A stretch of 64,000 bases of DNA from Octopus vulgaris (GCA_951406725.2 OX597815.1:126232001-126296000), one strand, 5' to 3'. Positions 28,106 through 41,156 are shown, counted from the first letter of the stretch. Notes: a model not told the origin generated them from the letters alone. Translations and numbers: made by a program.

Positions 28106-28633
28106 ATAAATAATAATAATAATTGTAATAATAATAACTTACACACAAGGCTAGCAATTAAATAGAAAAGGGTTTTATTGGAAGCAATTTTATAGGAAAA
28201 GAAAGTGGTCAATTATATCGACGCAGTACTTAACTGGTACTTTCTTTTATTGACTTCATTCATCCCTAAAATAAATGAAAGGCAGCTACATGAATCCATT
28301 CTTAAATACATAAAACGTGTTTATAGAACAGGGGCAAGTTATATACTACGATAAGGAGGAAAGATTTTAAACCATATGTCAAGACATACATATGCATATG
28401 TGTGTGCCTGTATGTGTGTGTTTGTGTGTGTGTGAGAGAGAGAAAGAAAGAGAGAGAGAGAGAGTGAAAGAGAAAGAGAGAGAGGGCGCGTGTAATTGAG
28501 AGAAAAATAATTCTTGTTGATGTTTGTGTATACATATAGACATACTTATATGTTTATGTATATGCATATATATATATCAGAAATATTAAATTTCTAAATA
28601 TCTCATAGAGATATGTGCGGTGGTGGAGCGATA

Positions 28634-28774
28634 GAGTGGTTGTATACTGTCAACTTAACGTGACAGTCCCGTAAGGGAATTACACCTAGGGAAATTACGA
28701 TGCTTCCTAGGACTAAATAGCGGTGTGGTAATCCCCTTACGGGACTGTCACGTTAAGTTGACAGTATACAACCA

Positions 28775-28777
<3 letters not shown>
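28634..28777. repeat. Short foldback element: perfect 44-bp inverted arms
   Basis: 28634-28677 is the exact reverse complement of 28734-28777; internal CCTAGG..CCTAGG hairpin; abuts (TA)n. Confidence 0.85.
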
Positions 28778-28836
<59 letters not shown>

Positions 28837-29414
28837 ACTGTATAAGTGTATATGTATGTATGCATGTGTGTATGTATGTATATATATATATGTATGTATG
28901 TAGGTAGGTATGTTTGAAAAAATCTGCCTTGTTTTTGGTGATGCAGGTGCATGTGACTTTTCATTTTATCTTTAAATAAAGACATATTGCCACACAGATC
29001 TTGCCTCTGCTAGGTCATACATATCCTTCTGTATCACTAGCAACTATCACAGAAGTATTGCTAGCAATCGAATCTATGTTGCTCAGTGCAAAACAGCACA
29101 TTTGCTCATTGTAATAGTTTATATTCTTTGGTAAAATATATGCACGTGTGAGAGAGTGCTTTTCTTCTTATAACGTGTTTGAAATTGTTCAAGATGATGT
29201 TTTTGACTATTGAAATATAATTATATTCTTCGTGAGTTTTCTTGTGAAATTGAAGTTGTTTTATTATGATTATTTCGATTATATTTTTGCTCTGTGTAGC
29301 TGTGTTTTTATTTACCTTTTTTCGAAAAGTATCTTTCTGATGAGGAAACTTATCAAAATAAAATACAACCAGAACAGAAGAATAACGTTATGTCAAAAAA
29401 ATAACAGAGCTTAC

Positions 29415-29507
29415 CTTTAATTTGAGATTGCCTGCACATCCACTGCACTCAGGAAGTTTCTTCTTTGGAAAATTATCAAAACATAAAGTATTTTCCTCCA
29501 GTAGTAG
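29415..29507 (-). CDS. Candidate 93-nt exon of an unidentified host transcript
   Basis: Acceptor TTTTATATTCTTATTTTGTTATCAG| and donor AAG|GTAAGC; phase-0 frame fully open (LLLEENTLCFDNFPKKKLPECSGCAGNLKLK). Coding status unproven. Confidence 0.4.
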
Positions 29508-29649
29508 CTGATAACAAAATAAGAATATAAAAATTAAAGACATTCTCAGGGATAGGAAAACATATTTCCTCGCTTCTCGCTTTAACATTCAATAATTATG
29601 ATTTCGATGATGATGATGATGATGCTGAATCGACGACGACGTTGATAAT

Positions 29650-30370
29650 GATTTCTTTTATTTGTCACATGGATATAAGATAAATGGGTAATTACAAAAA
29701 CAAATCCCTTCATTGGGTGGGGAGCAGGCAAACTCGGATGAGGAGGGACAGAGGAAAGGGATAAAAAGTAATACGTAATACACAAATCAATGGCTGAAAC
29801 GATCCTATTGCTAAAGCAGGATCTTCAACTGACACTGTTCAGGGAACCTCACAGATTCAAGATCACCATTTTCACCAAGAACAAGAGCCCTCACACAATT
29901 GTTGTTCTCCGACTCATAGATGCATGTGGAGCGTAGTAGTTCCTCCCACTCTCGACATTTTCGCTGAGGAAGAGCACACCCCTTTCCAAGTAGAAATAAT
30001 AGCATTTTTGTAGTACCACCTGGTCCCGTCAAATGTATTGCGGCACCAGCCTTTGAACGTGTGTATGAGGCACCAGTTCGGTTTGCTTCTTTGCTTCATG
30101 CTCATTTCTTATGACCAGAAGCACACTTCCTTATGCCCTAGCTCTATCAGTGGAGTATATATCAAGACATACATAGTGTTACACATTGTCTAGGATTTTT
30201 TTCGCTGTGTATATAAGGGAATACAGAAACCACCTTCAGACTTCGTGTAGCAGAAGTATGTTTCTCCTTCTCTGTCTGTTAAAGGAAAATTTAGTCAAGC
30301 AAAGAGATACACATTTTGGTGATATGCTGCTTTCACGCTTCCTTCTTGGACTGGATTTGGCTCATGTTTA
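29650..30370 (-). mobile_element. Decayed L1/Tx1-type LINE 3' fragment
   Basis: Minus-strand ...AKMSRVGGTTTLHMHL* resembles Tx1 ORF2 C-termini; ends in an AATAAAAGAAAT tail like the SINE tail at 24560-24577. Confidence 0.45.
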
Positions 30371-30439
30371 AACTTTCTTTTTTCCTCGGCCTAGTAAAGC
30401 TAATAAAAGAAAGATTGTTAATACTTTTGTATTAATAAT

Positions 30440-31100
30440 TTTAATCTTTTCTGCTATAGGCACAAAAAATTTGGAATGAGGCTCAGAGAGGATGAAAGGC
30501 AAATCGACCTGGGCGAAATTTGAACGCAGAAGATAAAGACGGACGAAAAGTTGCTAACCATTTTGTCCGACGGTATTTCTACGACTCTTTACGTTCTGAG
30601 TTCAAATAACACTGATGTTTACTTTGCCGTTTATCCTTTCAGAGTCGATAAAATAAAGTACCACTTAAGCACTGGAGTCGATGGAATCGACTATCCTTCT
30701 CTCCTTCAGGTTTGTGCTTAAAAGAGAAAGAATACAACAATAATGTTTTTAACTTTTGGCACAAAGCCAGCAATTTGGGGGAGGAGTAAGTCTAGTACAT
30801 CGACCCCCAGTGCTCGACTGGCACTTATTATATTGATTCCGAAAGGATGAAAGGCATAGTCGACCATGGCAGAATTTGAACTCACAACGTGTAGAAGGAC
30901 GAAATGCCGCTAAGCATTATTCTTGGCATACTAACTATTCTGCCATCTCGCCAAGAATAAAAATAGTAAAGGTTTAAAACTTTGTTAAAGGGGGGAGGGA
31001 GTTAATCAATTAATTCGACCTTAGTGCTCAAACGGAATTTATTTTATCGGCTCTGGTTGGGGTGGGGTGAAAGTAAAGTTGACCCTGGAGATTTCAGAAC
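30440..31100. mobile_element. Cluster of SINE family B copies in both orientations
   Basis: Family B motifs at 30560-30730 (+) and 30750-30952 (-), plus fragments. Confidence 0.7.
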
Positions 31101-31199
31101 TGAAAAACTAAAGACCTGGAATAAACAACATAAAGCGTTAATCTTTTCTATAATTGCGATAGGGACAACGAATGAGGTAACATTGCAGAGAGAAGTTTA

Positions 31200-31870
31200 A
31201 AAAATATCGTAGATCGCTCAGAATCCAAATGCATGAAGGAAAAGGGAGCTGGTATAAACAACTTTAAAATGCGAGATGGTGTCTCATGACATCGTGTTCC
31301 ACTCAAAACCCTCTCTGGAATTCCCTGATCACCACAAGTAAGAGCTCTCTCCAATCTCACATTCCTGGTCAATAGACGCATGCTGAAAGTAAGACTCATT
31401 CAGATCACACTTGCTACTCCCACCGCACCCTTTCGACAATCTTACAGAAAGGCAACACCCTCCTCTACGCTCTTACGTTTCACTTGAGGTAGAACATGAA
31501 AAAGTTGACGACAGCTTGGCCAAAGTGGAAAATGTTTCTCTCATTTCTCCTTATTTCTCTCACTCGCACCCATTGCACAGCCTCTGTCACCATAGGCACC
31601 AGAGAGAAGAAAATGCTGCCGATCTTCATGAAGAACTCTGCCGATAATCTGTTTGACAAAATTCCAAAAGTCATAAATCCTCGATCACTGAACAACACGT
31701 ATAGAAAGTGCCCTTTCTTGAGATATGTCACGTTTCTTCTCGAACACTTTTGGACAATTTCCTCGGAGAATGAAACACTGTACATTGTAAAGCACCGCTT
31801 CCAGACTTTTTTCTCTGACAAGATTATGCCTATAGCCAAGATTTGCATATTGAGAGTGAATATGTGAGGT
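31200..31870 (-). mobile_element. Decayed L1/Tx1-type ORF2 C-terminal fragment
   Basis: RLSAEFFMKI..FFSLVPMVTEAVQWVRV..FHFGQAVVNFFMFYLK*NVRA*RRVL aligns by eye with the 40572-40827 peptide (ACFYCTVVVLKECAWRTR..GPGLLSYFRYHLKSKMGLERR). Confidence 0.65.
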
Positions 31871-32439
31871 TATATGTGCAAAGGTGTGAAATCATTGTTT
31901 AGTGACTCGCATGGCAATGTCATGCAAGTCATTACAATTATTTTCAATGCAATCGTTATCAACAGAAATGCAATTAACTTTTTCCATTCAAATTGCCTGT
32001 TTCTTGATGTGATGTATTTTTCTTCGTTTTATTTATTTGTTTGTTTATTTATATATTTATTTTATTTTTGTTTGTTTTTTGTATAAGTGTGAAAGTTGCC
32101 TCTACCTCTTGTTAAAATTATGTGTTGAATGTAAACAATCTGAAACAAAATCGTGTTCAAAATTGTCTTTTTGCTTAAAATGGGTAAAACAAAATAAAAA
32201 GAATTTTGTCCAATATCTTAGTGATGGTTCTATGTGATATGACACAGAAAACATTCATCCAGCTTTGAAAAGAATCAACAAAATACAATCCAAACGTAGT
32301 GGGGGTGGATTTGCAACACATCTTTCCAGAATGATAATAAAACAACAAAACAACAACAACGATGATGATGATGGCGACAACGACGAAGGCAACAACAACA
32401 GTAATAAGAAACATAACAATGATAATAGACGTGACACTG

Positions 32440-32995
32440 TTATTGATAAAAATACTTGATATTGATTCTGTTGATAAAAATAACCTGATATTGTTATGGT
32501 TAAATAAAAGAACTGATGTTGTAGTTGTTGAAGACTAACCTGATATTGTTATTATTGAAAAATGACCTGATATCGTTGTTATTGTTGGAAAAGAGAAAAT
32601 ATTTTGTTGGATAATTGATGTAGTATCATGAAGGAATAAAAAATCGAGTGAAAAGGGAAAAAGGAAAAATTGAAAATTATCCATAAATACAGAGAGAAAT
32701 TTACAAAATGGCACATGAATAAGGATGAAGTCATACCAGCAATTAGTGGCCTGTACGTAGTGGGTGTCTTGGAGACTGTAATAATTAAACTAAGAAATAA
32801 TTAATAAATCAAGGAAGACTGCGAAATTTTGAATTGGAATACGTACTGAACTCTTTCAGAAGACATCACTGTTGTGGTCAGTTTGGAATCTAATGAATGT
32901 TTTTGAAATATAAGGGGAGAAAGAAGTGATCGGTATAAAACCACCAGATTGAAATTTCTAAATAATAATAATGATGGATGATGATGATGATGATG

Positions 32996-33032
<37 letters not shown>

Positions 33033-33330
33033 GAAGAAGAAGAAGAAGAAGAAGAAGAAGAAGAAGAAGAAGAAGAAGAAGAAGAAGAAGAATGCATGGA
33101 CAATTTCATAGGATGTTGAAGATAAGAGAAACAGAGAAATGATGACTATGAATGACTAAAAGTGATTTAAAACCGGAAACGGAGGTTTGTTCTTGAGCAA
33201 CAAGAATTGGAAAAAAAAAACTATTGTCGATCTGCAGAAAAGAGCCATCCTGTATTAAAAAAAAAATTCGGAGATAGACTCTTGAGATTTGAGGAGACTT
33301 GTTGTCACTAAGTCTCAAGATAAGCATTCT
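32440..33330 (+). mobile_element. Highly decayed R4/Dong-like fragments with microsatellites
   Basis: PDIV-coding repeats then WIIDV-like codons; second piece reads TKSDLKPETE at 33155-33185. Confidence 0.5.
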
Positions 33331-34249
33331 CACTAATCAAATTAGCGTGCAGTAACTTTTGTATAACAACAACAATAACAACAACAACAACCTTTTCCAT
33401 TATATAAGCCTTTTCTTTATTCTGGCTACAAACAATATCTATAACAACAACTATAGGAATAACAACATCACAAACGCCTAAACTGATGAAACCATTTTTA
33501 TATTATAAACTCGAACAAGGCAAACTGCCAAAAACGTGAAAATCCTAAATCATGATAAACAAAATCTTCTTGGAGCCAGCCTCAATCGGGAATCAGCAGT
33601 AACATTTCGTAATGAACAATGAACTTTATAGACTCATTGAAGCGTTGCTTTTTCCTAAATACATGACCTTCTCTATTCCATATAGACCGTCCTGCAAACT
33701 AGACTAATTTATATCCATATGAACGTTCTCCTGTGTACGTAATTACGCATTTCTTTTAAACAATGGTAATGTGCCAACTTCGCAAGAAACAATATTGGGT
33801 TCAGTAATGTCTATACATTTTTGCACATAATATCGTCTCCTAAGCATCGCCAGTGATTATCTATTGGCAGGAGAGAATTTTTAATCTACTTATACATTTT
33901 TAAGATGTGTAATATACAAAGAGATTTTATGCAAAATTCATTAAAAATATCTCATTAAATGCTAAGAAATTTTCGGTCAATTACATTCAAATTACTCGAT
34001 ATATAATCATCCTGGAAGAAAAACATTATCCCAAAGCAGTATCCAATTCTGATGAAATTGTTAGCAGGGGTTCGTTTACAGTTACTTCATACAGGCTAAA
34101 ACCAATTACAATCCGATTGGAAATATAAGTACACTTCTCAAAAATTTCGATTAAGCATAGACATACACGCTTCCGTGATAATCGAGAGAAACAAAAGTCG
34201 CAATATAATTTTGCATAAGACCTTTATTGAAAAGGAAACTAAATATAGA

Positions 34250-34389
34250 TACGTTATTTACATTTGATGGATATTTATCCTCATCTTCTTTGTTGTTAAC
34301 ACAAATTTTCGGCTAATATACCCTTCAGCCTTCATCAGGTGTCTTGGGGAAATTTCGAATCAGTGTTCTCATTCCTAATGTATTTTCGA

Positions 34390-34392
<3 letters not shown>
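34250..34392 (-). mobile_element. Penelope-like terminal remnant with degenerate hammerhead (34298-34343)
   Basis: GACAC-CUGAUGA-A-GGCUG-AAGGGUAUAU-UAGCC-GAAA-AUUU-GUGUU; stems I and II pair, stem III is mutated; abuts (ATT)n. Confidence 0.65.
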
Positions 34393-34462
<70 letters not shown>

Positions 34463-36252
34463 TTATTTATTTACTTTTTAAACGACGTTGAAGACCAATT
34501 TTTGTAGGAGATAGCGTGAATTAATACAAGTTAATTTATTGGCCTCACAAGCAGGAGAAAAGAAGAAAGTCGATTCTACTTCGACTTGAACACAAACATA
34601 ACTTATAGAAACTTATAGCTACTGTAGAGTGTTTCATTCAATGTTTTCTGTTTTGGTAATTGCTACAAATCATCTACGACAGCAATCTGCTGCTTCTCTT
34701 TATTAGTCACCTTACAAGGAAAGTAAATAATAAATCTACGGTGTTGCTATAGATCAGCTATTTACGTCTGTCAAGAATAAATTCGTTAATACCAGTGTAA
34801 AAATCTAACGCTGAAAGATCATTATTATGTGATTATGAAATAACTAAACAGTTTTGTAGCTTGATTTATTTTATTTCCACATTCTATTCCATGGCTTATG
34901 CATGAGCCATTATAAAACATTGAGCTAATAGATTATCTCACTTAAAGTAAAGTCCATTGCATGAATCTACAACAGCAATATCCGGATGTCTGTTATTAAC
35001 TAGAAAATCGTGCGAAATATTCTAATAAGCATTGATTTGGATAATGTTAGAGACATGTACATACTAAATATTGCTTTCCAGCATTATGGGATTCTGACAA
35101 TGGTTAATATTTCATAAAACATTTAATACTGGTTGATGTGACGGAAACAGTAGGGGGTAGAATGAGAGGCGTTATACTTTGATTTCGAATCACACTGACA
35201 CCGTGTTTCCGCTCTTTCTTACAGGGTAAATGAAATAAGTGGGTGGAGTTGTTGTTATCAATCTTCTGACCGAACCCAGGAAGCTATTTTTCCATTTTTC
35301 TGTATCTCGAGTGGGTCATTATACCAATAATAAACACACGCACTGATCCTATATCGCTTCTTTTATTATTTGTGAATTAGTTATCATTTGATCGACTGTT
35401 TGATTCTTCGTTCGATCAATCAATCAGCTAGGTTTATGAAAGCTTTGTCGTCACCATTCGAGACCTCATCAATGTCATGCCCTCTCTACTTCGGATCTGC
35501 TTCAGGCCTGACAAACCTAGCAGATAGACCGAATTATTAATCTAACAATCGATTAGTTGCTTTGTTAAATATTAACTAATTTACTACTAAAACTAGAGAA
35601 GTAAAAAAGAACCAGTACAAAATCTGTTTCAACACACACGTTCACATCAAGAATCTGGTGAAGGAAATACAAAAGCCAAATTTCTTTCCATTGATTTATT
35701 TATCTTTTTTTATATTTAATTTAAATTTCTGATGCTAACCGTCTGTCACAATTCCTGACAGAAATGGCGTCCGATGCTCAAACAATTCCGCCAATATATC
35801 AGCCTGGATTCGTAATTTTTATCGACCCTGATAGGATGAAAAGACAAAGCTGCCTTAACAAGATTTGAACTCAGAGCACAAAGAGTGAGAACGAATATCG
35901 TAATGATTTAATCCAAATCTCAAGTAAATTTGCCAGTCCATCCATTTTTTTTTCTTGTTTTTTTTTACCTTTTCTTAATAAGATAAATACCTAGAATATA
36001 CTTTCACAGAATTTAAACGTTTCTGAAAATTTGATGTTACTCTTAGTTGAAAGAAATCTGAATAGCATAAATATGATACAAGTATCTTTGGATAGTGGAT
36101 ATTTAAATATAGTCCATGGTTCAATTCCTGCTAAAATTATCACAGTCTTTTATCACATCGGGTTCAATAGAATAACACACGCGCATGCATATTACAGATA
36201 CACACACACATACACACATATATAAATATATGTATATGTACGTATGTATGTA

Positions 36253-37506
36253 TCAGGTTGTCTCACATGAAATGTCGCATTTGAAAAAGGAAACATTAAA
36301 ATTGCTTTTTAAATTTTAGAATATTTATTTATTTAATCAAAATATGATCGTTATTCATTTATGACCTTCATCCAACGTTCCTCTAAGGTATATATTCTAT
36401 CTTCAAAGAATTTGCCATCTTTTACACTGATAAACTGTTTGAATGCTTCAATTACCTCTTCTTTATTTAAGAATGCTTTATTGCGTATAGCAAGCTCGAA
36501 GTGTTTAAATATGTGATAATCAATAGGAGAGATATCAGGAGAATAGGGAGGATGTGCCAAAATTTCATAATTTAAGCTTTGCAACTTGGGGACCGTAGCT
36601 TGAGAAGTGTGAAGCCGTGCATTATCATGAAGCTTAATTGGGCCATCTCTATTCACTAATGGGTTGCTTCTTTTTTAATTGCTCATGCATACAATCAATT
36701 TTCTGACAATAGGATGTTGCTGTTACAGTTTTTTCTTGTTGTAAAAAGGAATAATGAATAATCTCCTTTGTTGACCACCATGCAGTAACCATCAACTTTT
36801 TAGGGTGCAGTGGTGGTTTTGGTTAGTGTTTTTGTGACTCTCCTGCATATAACAACTGTCCTTTCCTCCTGCTATTATCAAAGAGTATCCACTTCTCATC
36901 ACACGTCGATACAAAAATGGTTCCCTTTCCAAACGAGAAATCAACATGGAACATACTGTAAGACGTCTGTTTCTTTGAATCTCACTAAGTTGATGGGGAA
37001 CAAACCATCCATCTTTTTGATTTTCCAATGTTCTTCAAGTGTCGAGAAGCAATTGCGGGAGATGTCTGGAGCTCTGATCCGATTTTTCAGATCATTGTTC
37101 TCGGATTTCGTTTAACCAAAGCATTCAATTCACCATGCCGAATAACTGATTTTGGTCTCCCTCATGGTTCATTTTTAAGGCTTTCATTTCCTGAACGAAA
37201 TCTTTGTAACCATCTCTGAACAATACTAATCTCAACAGAATCATTACTAAAAGCCCGCTTGATGTTTCGTAGAGCTTCAGTGGCAGAGTGACCCAACTTG
37301 CATTCATACAAAAAAATCACTCGGTATTGTTCAGTTGTCAATATTGTCAGAAAAGCTGTAGGTAGCAATTTTGAATAATAATATTGTGTAGAAAGAAAAA
37401 GAGTTAAGAGTAAACACAAGTATGTGCATAGAAACTCATTAAAAATTCATTTATATATAACTCGTAAGAAACCCATTTAAAACTCATTTCATGTGAGACA
37501 ACCTAA
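36253..37506 (-). mobile_element. Full-length mariner (DD34D) transposon, transposase pseudogene
   Basis: TA-TCAGGTTGTCTCACATGAAATG ... CATTTCATGTGAGACAACCTAA-TA TIRs (1 mismatch in 22). Frameshifted ORFs carry an HTH (VQRWLQRFRSG), WFVPHQL, HDNA and HPPYSPDISPID, with 34 residues between the last two Asp. Confidence 0.95.
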
Positions 37507-38143
37507 TATATTAGGAAAACTACTCGATCATCTGTATATATCCTATTTATCCTCTCTTACGTGTTATACACTATCATTAAGGATGAGATTTTCTGGAATA
37601 TAATGAATCTCTTTAGTGTTGTAATTTAATTTGTATGTCGTAGTCGCCGTCAGCAAGATTAATATTGAATGCGTAAAGAAAGTGTTGGGAAATGTAGGCT
37701 AAGCTTATTGTAGAACAAGTTTGTGATTTGTTTTGGTTCCCACTTGAAGATATTTGACATGAATTACACTGATATTTCTTTTGAGGAATACATAAAAATC
37801 ACAAACTCACTTTCTTTATAAACCCGAAATTATAACTGCAGTGAAGTAGAAATAACATTTTTGGTGAAATAAATCTGAATCTCAGTATCTGTACCCGATA
37901 ATGCTGGTTGCAAAATTATACACGTCCCAAATTTCCTTTCTGATTCCATGAAATACATACATACATACATACATACATACATACATACATACATACAAAT
38001 ATACATACATACATACATACATACATACATACATACATACATACATACATACATACATACATACATACATACATGTGTGTGCGCGCGTGCGTTTATAAAT
38101 TGATAAATGATAGAAAACGGATTGAACGACATTCTTTATTTAA

Positions 38144-38264
38144 AATCACTACAATTGTTTCGACACCTTTTTACACTCGTATTACACCGATGAGACGATA
38201 TTATTAACATGTGTAATCACTATCACCCATTCAAGGTGTAAGATACGCCTTTTCCTAGGTGATT
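38144..38264 (-). ncRNA. Degenerate hammerhead-like motif with ~90-nt stem II region
   Basis: AAUCAC-CUAGGAA...ACACCUU/AAGGUGU-C-GAAAC-AAUU-GUA-GUGAUU; stem I perfect, palindromic stem III, 5' core mutated. Confidence 0.45.
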
Positions 38265-38691
38265 GTTTAAATAAGTCCTTCTTTAGATCATACTCTCATT
38301 TCACACAGTGTGAGAAAGCATACTCAATGGAATGTGTTATTTTCAGCAGTTTACAGACAAAACTAAACCTTTAGATATAGTGATTGACAAAATATAATTA
38401 CAATCAAAATACGAAACACAAAAATAAAGAAACTGTCAGCTGTTTCCTAGAAAGATCTAAATTGCCCTGTACCTTTCTGTTGGCTCCACTCTACACTAGA
38501 ATCAGTCTCTATTTGAAGTTAATTTATGACCGTTTAGCTTTTATATCCTTTTCTTGGAGCGATTAGAAAAATTAGTAAGTGTATTCACTCCCGTATACAT
38601 ACATATTCGTTCCTATACCCACATACAAAGTAGTGCATATAGTTTTATGTATTTATCTGTAATATAATATGTGACAATTATTCGGTTACCA

Positions 38692-38754
38692 TAATAAGAC
38701 TCCGAGTTTCGGATGTCGGGGTGGAAAACTACTCCGGCATCTCGTCAGTTATCA
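38692..38754 (-). ncRNA. Type I hammerhead ribozyme, canonical core, GUC cleavage triplet
   Basis: UGAUAA-CUGACGA-GAUGCCGGAGU-AGUUUUCC-ACCCCGACAUC-C-GAAAC-UCGGA-GUC^UUAUUA; stem I 6 bp, stem II 9 of 11 paired, stem III ACU/AGU. Confidence 0.75.
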
Positions 38755-39455
38755 AGACTATCAAAAATTGCTATGAAAATGACCGTTAAACAAAGGGAAA
38801 TTACTATGTAATTGACTGTTATTAAGACAAAAGAGCTATTAGAATGACCGTTAATTAAGGCAGAAAAACCGAAGGGGAGAAAGTAAAAAGGTAAAGAAGT
38901 AAAAAGGCTCATAGAGATCGCGTATACGCGCATGTACATACATACATATGCGCGTGCGCACACCCACGCACATGTGCCTATATGCATATGATCACTCATG
39001 TGTGTGCGTGTGTGTGTGTATGTGTGTTTTATATATTTAGAGATTTTATAATTATTAATGTTACTACCCGAAACCCTTTTCTTGAGGATTTCTAAATGGA
39101 CCTCTATAACTATATACTTGGAGCACGCATATAATTTGTCTGGAAGGTATTTTACTGAAAATTATGATCTTGTACAGTTTTGGTATCTCTATGCAATTAT
39201 CCGCTGGTGTACCACGATATCGAAAAATATTTATCTACAACGGAGCATCTTAAGTCAATTTGAATGAATGTTGGAAAAGGAAAATATTTCTTTGTCTTTT
39301 TTTAAATTTTCATATCTGTGCATGTGAACTCAATTTCTGTTACATCAGCCTGCTGAGGCACCCACTCTGCACATACACACATACATACATACATACATAC
39401 ATACATACATACATACATACATACATACATACATACATACATACATACATAAATA

Positions 39456-41156
39456 TCTATTATATAAAATCCGTTCTGTCTGTGTGTGTGTCTTCTAGGA
39501 TCTCGGGCATCCTCCATCCGATTGCGCTCACATTTGATATGTAGATACCGATGGTATCAGGGCGTGTATAAGTCTTGAAAAAATTTCAGGTGAGAATCGA
39601 TCGATAAAGCCGTAGGAACGTGCCTTTGTACGCGCAAGTACATTAGCTGTTGCGATCGATATACGCGTACGCGAGAAAAATGCACGTGCAGTTTGCGGAA
39701 AAAATCATCATGCTTTTCCATCTAGATTTACTTCCAGCTAACCCATTTACATGCATCGCTTTTGTCCTGCTTTTCTTGCGTCAACCTGTACATAACTGAA
39801 CCTTCCATTTTTTTGTTGTTTTTGCACTGCTTAAAGGCACATTTCTTTCTTACCAAGCTTACTGTTTAAACCATGTTTGTGTTCTCCCAGTCAACAGCCT
39901 TATCATTACTGGTACTTTAAAATCTTCGGTTGCATATTTGTGTGAATAAAATAGTTTTCCTTTGGAATAGAAAAAAAGTCTAATTTTATTTCTTCTTTTG
40001 CTGGTGTCTCAAATTTAGGTTAAATCAGTGTTTCTCAAAGGTCGGACAAGTTGTTTTGAGAAAATTTGGTTTTACAAGTAATGTTTGCAGACACTTCAAC
40101 ATGGCTGTCCGTTCGAACGGACTTTACTGCGATTTTTTAACCCCAAGAGGACCTCTCCTCTCTGGTTAACGATGCACAGCTGCATCTGAGATATTGCGAG
40201 CAGGGGAGCGAACCCCTACCACCTTCTAGCGACGGGACCGGCAGACCAGCCTGGTTTCGGGCTATTTCTAGCTCTCTCCAGTACTGGACACCTCATCTCG
40301 TAGAGATAAAATCTTTATTATGATCAAACTTATCGTACATAGAAAAGGACATTACAAGACAAATACAAAAATGTTAAATGAGTTCGAATGAGCATTATGT
40401 TAACAATTTACTTAAAACATATTTTATATAACGATTAATTTTTACCTTAAACTAGTCCTTTTTTTTTAAACGAAAACAAAGAAAGAAAACGAATTGAAGT
40501 TCAAAAAGATCGACCCGGCAGCCTATAAGGCCCAGAAACTATCTTTTCCTTTCATCAATGATTAAGCTGGGTTACTGACACCCACCTTTCTCATCACATC
40601 CTTCGTATTCACTCGGTGGCTGGGTCCTCCTCTCCAACCCCATCTTGCTCTTCAGATGGTATCTGAAGTAAGACAGCAAACCGGGGCCAGTGATGAAGGA
40701 TCCTGTCACAGAACCTCCCATTCTAGTCCTCCAAGCACACTCTTTCAGTACTACAACCGTACAGTAAAAACAAGCCTTACCTTCCTTTGAGAGTCCAGTT
40801 GGCGGTATCCTCTTTATTATAGATCCTCTCATCTCGTAGAGATCGCAGTAGCTCGCTTCTGCTCGCAATATATATAATTTCAAGCGACGTATAGTCGCTG
40901 ATTTTGCAACAAGCAAAAAAGCTAGTTCTAAAATCTCTCTAAGAGATCAACGCAGTAGTTGTACTAAGAAGCAATGTTCGTAGCCACTTCACCATGACTG
41001 TCTGTTCGAACGGACTTTACTGCGACTTTTAACCCAAATATATATTGGCCTGCAAGTCTAGCCACGGGAGTGGCATCACTCGAAAGCTGAACAATGCACA
41101 GTGCATTGTGACCAGCGTTGCATAACAACATCCGATAGTTGGGTCGATACCGTAGC

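Noticed and set aside
31496-31867. 123-aa plus-strand ORF with a signal-peptide-like start
   Set aside because: Antisense shadow of a decayed Tx1-type ORF2 on the minus strand.
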